Source: Antedon mediterranea
Taxonomy: Eukaryota; Animalia; Echinodermata
Length of the DNA stretch: 64,000 bases
Assembly (NCBI RefSeq): GCF_964355755.1
Contig: NC_092678.1
Span: 16,721,881-16,785,880 of the forward strand
Reading direction: 5' to 3'
Below are positions 40,792 through 52,600 of the stretch, in pieces (positions within the stretch are counted from its first letter, which is position 1; every line of letters starts with the position of its first letter). The notes beneath the pieces were generated by a model, which saw only the letters and a list, made by a program, of their open reading frames with translations, was not told where the DNA came from and made no database searches. The position numbers and the translations under genes are program-made.

Positions 40792-42140
40792 CTGCCCAAA
40801 AAAACAAATATGTATACTATACACACATTCACATGAACAGGTCAATCAAACAAACCATGAATCTAACGATTGATGACATTATGCTGTTGGGTTTTATGGG
40901 GCTTTTTTATTGTATCTATTTATTTACTGAACAAAAATGTTGTTGGGACGAAGGTAAGTTAGAACCTTTGGCCCAATGGCACTATATGAACCATCTCGGT
41001 GTTACGTGGCATGTCTTTTAAAAAAAACACCATAATATTAAATAAATAACCAAAAATTATGAAAATATAACGAATACATAATATGAAAGTAGTACTGACC
41101 ATTATGACTGCAAAGTTTGTTAAATGGTCACAGAAGCAGACGATACTATCGTCTGATGTTGTGTTGTAGTAACAGCCTTCGTTAGACCAATCACCATGTC
41201 CGTTTTGCAATGTAAAATCCCAGAAAACACACTCAGCGTAATCAAGTTCATCCTGTGTTAAATACAAATATAGTTATGCTTTCTTTTAAATAATTTCACG
41301 ATAAAACAATGATCATATATTACCAAAGAAGAAAACAATATTGGTAAAATATGTCTCACTAAAACTCAAATTTATCATCATTTTAACATGATATAATATA
41401 TATTTATCTTTGCTATGTTAAATGTGGATGAAATCACACTTTAAGATCATCAAACGCCTAGATGGGGGTACGTGTATCTTATAGTATGTCAATGTCCATT
41501 TCTTCTGAGCGTGAACATAATCACTGGGTCACCTAGTTCTTACCTCAACTGGTAAATATTTGAATTTGATCGGTTCTCGCAGACCTTTTACTATAACCTT
41601 TTCAACTGTAGCCGAAATTATAAGACTTCCAATCCGGCTGTCGTTAATCAATTTCAGACGATTAGATGTAAATAACTTAGACGTTCCATAGACAATGAAG
41701 CTCACTTGAGTCTTGTTTAAACCGGTTTGATTTTGACTTAATTCAACAATTTCAGGAGGTAAAAAGACTGATGCCTCCGTCTTAAAAGTGCCCAATTCTT
41801 CTTTATATGTGTGAATATTCTTTTTTTGAAAACCGGTTCCAGAAGTATCATCAATCAAATATCCAATGCCATTCCTTAATTCATCAGGAAGATACTGTTT
41901 GGTATGCACAGCTATATTCTTCTCAACCGCTTCGTAGTCTGAGAGTGATGCTAGCTGAGCTTCAAGCGACCGTATGATACTGGAAGTTGAAGCTATGTCT
42001 GTTAAAAACAACTCATCATCAACATTCTGTAGGTTACTCACAATATTGACTGTAAAGTCGGTTACCTGAAAAATAAATGATATAATATAATAACTAAATT
42101 GTCATGTTTTCCCTACTCTAACTTAATTCTGTCCTTTACA

Positions 42141-42182
<42 letters not shown>

Positions 42183-45100
42183 GAACTCGAATGGTAACTA
42201 ATCCTTCTATACAAAGATAAATTGGGTCATCCAAAATATATTGTGATATTTGTTTCTTGAAATATTATATTCATAATAAAAACACCTAAACAATACAATC
42301 TAAATCTGCAGGACAGAAGCAGTAAAGTGAATGACAGAGCGGTTAAGAAAGTACAACACTAATACAGTCATACTAAGAGGCAAGGGTTTGACGCTCACTC
42401 ACTCGATCCCTGATTCACAGTCATGCGTTTGTGTGACCATGACTATTTTAACTTATCAATACATAGAACATAACATGCAATTAGATAGAAGCAGTTAGAT
42501 CACTCAGTTAATTGACAAAATACATAACAAGTTATAAGAAAGAAATTTACTCTTTCATTCCCAGCGCCTACGTCAGTTAAACATTTAAGAATCAAGGCAA
42601 TGGCACCAATAGTAACTTCTTTTTCTCCGTTATATTCACCGGTAATTATTGATAACTGCCAAGCAACAGCTTCTGCATTTTCTTTAGTTACGTTTACCTA
42701 AAAAATCCAAGAAAGTTATAATTTATCAATGGTAGTTTCATTATATTATAATGAAGGAAAATAAATGACATACGGTAAATCTAGGATACAACAAATCAAT
42801 TGAAGAAAATTAATTAAACATTAAAGCATAGACATTTAATTATAATTACATATTTACGAAGAGATTAAGTAGTATTGTATTTTTAATGCAAAATAATGAC
42901 ATGACAGAGAAAGAAAGTATGTTTCACTTATAAATAAAACTTATCTGAAACTGTGTGCATAATTATAATGAAATAGCATTAAGATTAACTTTGGTTGTGG
43001 GTACAAGCTTACCTCTTCCAACTCAGTAATGTTATATTTTTTGAAAGGTTGAAACTCAGAAATTACAGCAAAGTTTGTTAAATGATTACAAAAGCAGACG
43101 ATCCGATCATCTGATGTTGTGTTGTAGTAACAGCCTTCGTTAGACCAATCACCATGTCCGTTTTGCAATGTAAAGTCCCAGAAAACACACTTGTGGTTAC
43201 CAATTTTTCCTTCCTATATTGAATACAATCATATACATTATGTAATATTAATCTGTTTTACGCAAGTCACAATAAAAATACACACAATAAGAAAATTCAA
43301 CTTTTATTACGGCGCGTCTCGATGTTCAACTAACACTATGTGCATGCCTATTTTTTGGAGTGTTTACTTACCACAACCGGTAAATATGCTGCTCTAATCG
43401 GTTCTTTTAAACCTTCAACTGTGACGTTTTCAACTGTAGCAGAAATTACTAGGCTTCCAACTACTCTGTCTTTATTTAACATCAGACGATTGGATTGAAA
43501 TAACTTTGATGTCCGATAAACTATGAATCTCACTTGGATCTTGTTTGAGCCCGTCTGATTCCGACTTAAATCAATAATATCAGGAGGCAGAAATATTGAC
43601 GTGTCTATCTTCCTGGTTATCAAGGCTTCCGCTTCGTGAAATGTGTGAATTTTTGTACCTTCAAAATCGGTGGCAGACGTGTTATTTATAAAATATCCAA
43701 TACCCTTGTTTAATTCATCAGGAAGATACAGTTTGGTATGCACAGCTATATTTTTCTCAACCGCTTCATAGTCTGGCATTGATGCTAGCTGAGCTTCAAG
43801 TGACCGTATTATCCCAGAAGCACCAGCTGTACTTAGACTATCTGTTGAAAATAGTTCCTCATCAGCATTTTGTATGTTACTCACAACTCTTAAAGTTGCG
43901 TTGGTTACCTACAAATTCGAGATGTAAAATTACGATTACTATTTCCTAATATTTTCAACGAATTGTAAGCTTGGTTTCCACTACGATGCAAGTTAAAGAC
44001 GTACCGTAAGCCGCAAGTAATTAGACTAATCACGAAGCGATGTATGACGATTATCCATCACCTAAAAATGTGCGTTGCTCTTACATTACGGTATACTTCA
44101 TTGCATTGCGTCTTATTGGGAATCAAGCTTTAACGTGTTTCCCTATTATTCAACATTTTTATTGCCATGGCATCAAACTTTATGACAAAACAATATGATG
44201 TGCCCATATGGACACAATGACATTTAATCACTATTATATTTGTACTTATGTGGCCAAACATGATGGTATTTATTTACAAAGATTAGTTAAGCATTTAAAG
44301 AAAATAATTCTGTATCGTGAATAATCATCAACCAATTATGTATATAAATGACTCAAAGTTAGATAAAACAATATCTAACAATATATATAATACATATAGT
44401 TGAAATTACTTACTAGTTTATTTCCCGGGCTTACGTTAGTTAAATCTTCTAGAATCAAGGCAACGTCATCAATATTAGCTATGTTGTGTATATTTTCTTC
44501 ACTAGTAACGGTTGACAAATGTGTGGCAATCGCTTCAGCATTTTCTTCAATCACATTTATCTAAAACAAATGCAAACAATCTTTTAGTATTATCGATAGA
44601 TAGAATACGGCGACTACAAAACTACGCGGTTCGGTCTCGCACCAATAGATTATTTTTATAAACAAAAGAGAGTCATAAAAAAGCTTATAATTCCTTTTCA
44701 TAAATAAGATAGAAAGGTTCAATTCAATTCTAAAAAATGGTAACACTATAACTATGTACCTATTACATATGATGCGATACGGACATTTATGTTAAGGTAA
44801 TGGACTTCTAGGCCTATCTAAATATAATAATCTTTATTGTCTTTCTTTCTTGTTTGTTCTTTTGCACATACATAAAATCAAAACTAAAGACAAAAGACCA
44901 AAGAAAAAGCTTTCGCTTATCAAGTTTTGGCCTTTTAAAATAAATAACTAGAACGTATATCATTGCTGAGAAATAAAAATCTGAAGAAAATTAATTACAT
45001 AAATGAAAATTAATAACTCACTGGCACTATCAATATGAATATGAAATAAGTAATAGAAGAATATTATACACATTTTTTTGTTTGTTTTTTAAATAGAAAA

Positions 45101-46623
45101 AACTAGAAAAAAAAACTAAAAAAAACTAAGCATCATATAAGGTTATTAAATGTTCTTTGACTTTGATGGCAAATTGTGTTCTAAATGAAATTGACTTAAT
45201 ATTTACTGGGAGTTTATTCCAGAGTTTGGGACCTTGGTATGTTATATTGGTTTGAGATAGAGTCGTACGGCAAAAGGGGATCAAGAGATTAAACGGGTCA
45301 TTAAATCGGCTGTTAAATGGATGGTTTACATAGGTAAAGTATAGTATAATATGATGAGGTAATCTAGAATAAAATAAATCGGAAACAAATTTAAGCACAT
45401 GCAACTCATACAATTTAAACACATCTAAAATCAACAATTGCTTAAACAAATGTATAGAATGTGCTCTAAAATCAGAAAACGTAACACAGCGAACGAACAT
45501 CTTTTGAATAAGTAGAACTTGGTTTAAGTAACTTAAATGTGTACTTCCCCATACTTCAATACCATAGGTAATTAGTGTTAAAATAAATGATTTATAAATT
45601 AAGATCTGAGCTTGCCGATACTACATATGATGCGATATGGAATTGTACGTTAAGGTAATGGACTTGTAAGCCCATCTAAGCTTGCCGGTAATGGACTTGT
45701 AGGCCTATCTGAGCTGGCCGATAATGGACTTGTAGACCTATCTGAGATTGCCGGTAATGGACCTGTAGGCCTATCAGAGCTTGCCAATAATGGACTTGTA
45801 GGCCTATCTGAGCTTGCCGATAATGGACTTGTAGGCCTATCTGAGCTTGCCGGTAATGGACTTATAGGCCTATCTGAGCTTGCCGATACTTGACTCACTG
45901 CCTTATAATCTTGTGGTTTGTTACCTTCATTTATTTAAAAAAAATCATTTTATTCATTTGAAAAAAAACACTTTCAAGTGGATTACCCAATATAAAATAA
46001 ACAAAATTCATTACGTAGCAAAAAACATAGGCCTAATATATTATCCTACCTCTGCTAATTCATCAATGGTGTAGTTTCCGCATAGTTTTACTGTAATTGC
46101 TCCCCAGATTCCTACTGCTCCAAGTAGATTGCGATTACACTTTCGCTCTGCTAATGAACCTAATAAGAAATATGCATGATAATATTTGATATATTATATA
46201 ACACCTAAATAATTTCTGTCATTATTACTGGACGATTGTTCGTCATATGGCGTAGACTTATTTTATTGTGTACGAAGAAAAAAAAACATCTCGCGTACTA
46301 AAAAAAAAATCTGCGTGCGGAAATCCAATAACAGCACTGTCTGTTCGATTGGAAGCAGTGACGCTCATGGCGGGTTTCTCATTCACAAAAACAAGATCTG
46401 AATAATGTCGATGAAAATGACAAAATATATTTGGATATTAAATAAAATAAGTAATGAATAAACGGTAAAAATAATGTCATGAGATGAAATATATAATTCT
46501 TGTTTCACTGGGCTTCGCCTCGAGTAAATACTATTTAATCTTTCACCTCATAAAATTATTGGTATTGTCGCACTCATAAACATTCATTATTTGTATATTT
46601 TTATGAACTAATGTGACAGATTA

Positions 46624-46654
<31 letters not shown>

Positions 46655-49600
46655 TTTCCTCATCTTTATCGTTTCAAATTAATTAATTAAATTTCAGTAT
46701 ATCACCGGGCGGTTTAGAATTAATGTTCATTGCCTGATGTGTTTATATATATAAAAGTATCTCTTCGGAGATCCCGCCTCGTGAATAAAAATACTGAAAG
46801 ATGAGGGCGTATCAATTTAATCTCTGGTGCGCGTGCGTACAACTGAGGACTAGGTTGGGGCGACTTTTTCTCATTCTCACAGATTTCCTCATCTTTATCG
46901 TTTCAAATTAATTAATTAAATTTCAGTATATCACCGGGCGATTTAGAATTAATGTTCATTGCCTGATGTGTTTATATATATAAAAATATCTCTTCGGAGA
47001 TCCCGCCTCGTGAATAAAAATACTGAAAGATGAGGGCGTATCAATTTGGTCTCTGGTGCGCGTGCGTACAACTGAGGACTAGTGCTGTTCCACCGTACCG
47101 CGCCGAGAATGTTAAAGAGTCGCTATCCAATCGAGTTTGAACAATACCATGAAAGCCCCAGTGGTCTAATGGTTAGGACATCTGCATATCAAGCAGACGG
47201 TCCGAGTTCGAGTCTCGGTTGAGGCGACATTTTCTCATTCTCACAGATTTCCTCATCTTTATCGTTTCAAATTATATATATATATATATATATGTCTCAT
47301 CAGACAAAGATACCCCTATACCAGGAAGCCCTTAAAGAAAGCGGATATTATCCTCAACTTGAATTCAATGCTGAACAGCAGAAGCCCAACAACTCGCGTA
47401 CCAGAAACATAATTTGGTTTAACCCACCATTCAGCAAAAACGTAGCAACCAACATCGGCCACAAGTTTTTAGCTATAGTAGAAGATTGTTTTCCTGCCGG
47501 CAACAAGCTCAGAAAAAATATTTAACAGAAATACCTTGAAACTAAGCTACAGTTGCTGGTCGTACGAAACAAATTTGTAGTGATTAAAACAATGACGTAA
47601 CCAAGTTTTCTGCTGTTATTTTAGTTATTTATTTATGCTCTACCTTGGTATTGAGCGATGGCAAATGGAGCGACAATACTCGCAAAGAAAAAGAAAACCA
47701 CTGGGAATTACTACTTAAAACCACACAACCTTTTGGACTTAACATTAGGAACATACTCCCAGATCGGTAAAATTATTCCATTGACTACCAAAATTTAAGT
47801 TTCAATATTAACCACCATTTAAGCTGTTTTTTAGTCTCATTCCAAAATTGTTTATATCTCTACCAAGCTACCTTCTTTGTTTTCTACTCTTATTCAGACT
47901 CCACCCTGGCTCCCTTTGTTATATTTCTTATATTCCTGTCCACCCAGGCAGCACTTGCCAGCTTTATACTATGACGTTATCCAAACTCCTTCACTTGCAC
48001 TGATGAAGGGCTAGTGTTGCCCGAAAGCTCTGCTAACTTTTCTGGCTGTTTACTTTATCGTTTTGATTTAGCTTTTCGCTTTTTATTTTTGTATCTCCAT
48101 TGAGATCCAGCCACTGATACCCACAGCATTGTCATTTTTTTCAGTAATTTGCCTTTGGATTTATATATATAATTAAATTATACTGTGATGCTTGGAACAC
48201 TGAAATACTGTATACTTTTAATAACTATGTACAATAACTACCACAATATTATAGTATCCAAAGACTAGGAAGTTCTAAAGAGGTTTGAAAAATAGCATAC
48301 ATAACAATGTTATTGAACTTACTGTTATCTATACCACACAATTCTATAGAACTCGCTAACATTTCCAACGATGTATATTCAAATGTATAGTTTACATCTT
48401 CAACCATTACAACATCATGTGGGCAACCATCTAAAAGAAAATATTATATAAAAACATTGAATTAATAATCAATAACAATATGAAGATGATTAAGATTACA
48501 GGTAATATTATGAAATAATATAAAATACAGATTTATATATAAAATAAAGATTTATATTTAAAATCAACGCTAAAGCCCGATTGTTGTTAAAACATCATGA
48601 TTGTATCTTTCAGTGAATTGTACACATTTGCTGTATTTACCGGACGCTGTAAAAACTTCACGCCTAATATAATCATTTATATAAATATTATTTATGTTAT
48701 CTGGGGTCTCTTCCTGGTTTTCTGAGACAACCCCATTTCATCATTGTGATTGCACATCTAATTATTTGATTTGACCGGTAAACGAGCCTTGCTCTTATGG
48801 TCATCCATACCAGCATTTGTTATTTATTTGTATTGAACTTGATATGGCAAAATAAATTGATATTGATAGTGATAAATAAATACATATAGGTAAAGCAGTG
48901 CGTATACATATCCTTTACCAACATTATAATCCATAATATGACATTGAATAAGAAATTAACCTTTTTATAAATAAGACTACCGGTTAGTTCAGTCGACTGA
49001 GCGGCGTGTTAACACGAATGCCATCAGTTCGAGTCACACGCAGGTCTGGTGGAATAGAGTTAAAGTATGCGAGCTACTGTGTTTGGGGTTTACATAATTA
49101 TACGTCCCCATTTCCACCACACATCATGAGGCAGCAACATCAATACATCTGGAAACGATCCCAAGGCTGGGACAGGGTCTTAGTGCTGAGGCAAGTCAAC
49201 TAACAGGACACTGAGATCTCCTTGTCGTTACTGTCTTTGATATTATGTCTGGTTTTGACAAATTCCAACAGTACAGTATGTACATTTTCTCCGCGGCTCG
49301 CGGTATCTGTTAAAGGGGCCTGGAACTGATCGTCAGAGCTCAGTATCCTGTTTTTAGATTGCACCGGAGTCAAAATGCCCTGTATAACTTTGGTTTCTTT
49401 AAAAAACTTACCAGTACACAACCTATATCTCTACCAACGTCACGTACGAAATCAGTATCACATTCACACGAGTGGGTAGAAATTGGATCATAACACACCC
49501 CATTTGCAGATTTATACAAGTAACAATAGTAATAATAATAATTAAATACACCAGGTTTCACAAACAGTATCGACAACTTTAAAATGTAAAAGGAAAACAT

Positions 49601-52600
49601 TGATGTCACATTAGATATTTAAATTCGACACATAATCTACGAAAGTTTACGAAACTATGCTTCGTTATAGAAAACCATTTACATTTTTAACATAGTCCTA
49701 CTGTACACATGAATTTTTTCAGTCAAAGAGAGCATTTATCGAAACGTAATAATAGTGGGTTTGTCAACATGCTGCTTATGATTAATTTTAAATGCAAGGG
49801 ATTTAGGTGACATAGTATTTCACTATGCCGATAAAATGGTTTTGGGACTTAATGACACAACATTTGCCCTTTTAACTCCTCAAAATGAGTTAACTTAAAC
49901 AGTCATTGTAATCGTTAAAATCACAAGAATATAACCATACACCTAACAATCTAATTTACAATCTAAATTAAAACAATTTTCATAAGTGCAACGTCTATCC
50001 TCGACGAAAACCGCGGTTGTTACGTCGCACTTTGTAATAATTGTCGCACTTTGTAATAATTGTCGCACATTGTAATACCTGTTGGCTTTGTAACGAAGTT
50101 GTCGCACATTGTAATACCTGTTGGCTTTGTAACGAAGTTGTCGCACTTTGTAATACCTGTTGCACTTTGTAATACAAGTTGTCGCACTTTGTAATAACCG
50201 ACCTGTCGCACTTTGTAATAACCGTCTGTCACACTTTTTAATAAACGGAGCTGTCTCATTTTGTAACACATGCTTGTCACACTTTGTAATAAATTTTGTT
50301 CAGGGTTTTACAACTATATCAATGAGTTATTTTTTTTCTTTAGTAAATCTGATAATACAATGAAGGCCATATATATATATACGATATATACGATATAAAC
50401 AGCATTACACGCGTACATCGTAACGCGAGAATTTCATTCTATGCGCATACGCACTTTTATCGAACATAATTTAAACCAAACCAAATCATACATACAACGA
50501 TAAGACATCAACCGATTCAGTTCAAAACCAGTTTAAGGTAAACATTTTAAATTTAAATAAATTTATGTTTCTATCCACTCTACCATTTTCATATAAAGAT
50601 ATTGTGGAACCACGTCAGGTCAAGTTCAATATTGAATATCGAAACGTGGCAGGCTGAAGGCGCTTGACCTTTGACAAGATCGCCTACATTTTTAATATAT
50701 TAACTTTACAATACTTAGTTTTGTATATTCTGGTACAGCCGCTCCATAATCTCTTTGCTTTTCTTCCTTACATCTATATTTTTAATTTAGGCCTATACTC
50801 AGAAATATCTTTTTTATTAATATAATAATAATAATATATCAAAAATTTATTAAATAATATTCATCGCATAATATGCAATCTACGATAATTTAATTAATTG
50901 ATATAACAAATAGGTCTATATTAAATACATTACATCATTGGAATAAAAAGAACAAATCACATATCTACACATAATCATAACATCGTATACTCTATCTCTA
51001 ACAATTTATTCAATCTTCTATCGACTAAAGCCGAAGTATAGTCGTTATCTCGGGACCGTTCTATGGCCACCACCAGGTAGGCTTACTTCATTAAGGCTTC
51101 TATGAATGGATGTACTGGTTGGGAGCAGGAACGCTAGTAGACCAAACCCAGTACCGTTTTGATTACGATCAATCGGGAAATTACCTCATGACGTAATACT
51201 GTAGTCAAATACGAGTGACTTAATATCACACAACACCACTTGATTTTGTTTACTACATAAATATTAAACCAATGATTTACATAAACATAACCCTGTAATA
51301 CAAGTAGTACTGGTATATGACTTTAACCTTGTGAAATATCGTGCACGTGCTCAACATATAACAAAGATTGATTTGAACAACAGAGGCATATATAACCAAA
51401 TCGTTAAATGCGCACTGTAACCAATAGTGCTGAATGAAGTCAAAGAGTTAAATGTACACTGTAACCAATAGTGCTGAATGAAGTCAAAGAGTTAAATGCG
51501 CACTGTAACCAATAGTGCTGAATGAAGTCAAAGAGTTAAATGTGCACTGTAACCAATAGTGCTGAATGAAGTCAAAGAGTTAAATGTGCACTGTAACCAA
51601 TAGTGCTGAATGAAGTCAAATAGTTAAATGCGCACTGTAAACAATAGTGATAAATGAATACAAAGAGTTAATTGCGCATTTGAACCAGTAGTGTTGAATG
51701 AAGTCAAAGAGTTAAATGTGCACTGTAAATAATAGTGCTGAATGAAGACAAAGAGTTAAATGTGCACTGTAACCAATAGTGCTTGCTTGATACTTGCTTG
51801 ATGTTATGGGTCGGTTAGAAAGCTAAATATAGCTTATATGACCCTTCCTGTCTTCTTATGACTCCGGGCTCCGGGTGTACACATAATGTTCCAAAGTGTT
51901 TATAAATGTGAAAAGGTAAACTTGCAGTCAAGGGACTTCCAATGATCATTGAGGAGTGACTTGAACAGATTTAAATTTGGAGCTTTTACAACATTAGATG
52001 GTAAGTTATTCCACGAGTCCACAACTCTACAACTAAAGGAAAACTTCCTGGAATTAAGCCTAAACTTGTTTTTATATAGCTTGTATTCATGACCTCTAGT
52101 TCTATGACAATCAACAAATGTAAACAACTTTCTGCATTCTATAGCGTCAAGACCATTTATAATTCTGAAGATTTGGATCATATCCACTCTTAATCGTCTG
52201 TACTCCAGTGTAGGTAAACCCAAAAACTTCAATCTATACGGATATGCCAAATGTTTTATTTCTGACAATGATTTGGTAGCTCTTCGTTGAACTGAGTCGA
52301 TTTTCTTAATCAGTCCAATTTGATGAGGTGCCCAGACACAGCAAGATAGGGCGGACTAAAAATATGTATAGACTAAGAAACATATCCTTATCGTTGTAAC
52401 AAAAAGTCCTTTTGATGAGACCCACTATTTTATTTGCCTTAGCAACACAGCAATTTTTATGATAATCAAAGTTCAATTTATGATCAAAGTATACTCCGAT
52501 ATCCTTTTCTATAGCAGTCTCTTCAATTTTAACTTTATCTTGTACATTTACAAAATACTCATTCTTCTCATTTGTTTTCCCAATATACAACATCTTGGAC

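Noticed and set aside
41100-44560. Double GAIN as an assembly or haplotype duplication artefact, or as two separate genes
   Set aside because: The modules are strongly diverged with unrelated introns, there is no 7TM between them, and they are joined by frame-compatible canonical splice sites.
45650-45898. Mucin-like 82-aa ORF (SSDRPTSPLPA repeats) as an exon of the adhesion GPCR
   Set aside because: It is a translation of a 33-bp minisatellite; the candidate acceptor is phase 1 while the preceding exon ends in phase 0, and it runs into a stop with no donor.
47070-47160. Possible hammerhead (CTGAGGA ... GAAA) in the tRNA-bearing repeat
   Set aside because: Stem II has several mismatches and no convincing stems I/III or cleavage triplet were found by eye.
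48641-48646. 6-nt micro-exon (ttttacag|cgtccg|gtaaat, minus strand)
   Set aside because: It does not fix the phase conflict between the EGF relic and the HormR exon and has no other support.
51403-51783. CRISPR-like regular repeats (also 35960-36960 and 50018-50300)
   Set aside because: Head-to-tail units without unique spacers, eukaryotic context and no cas genes.
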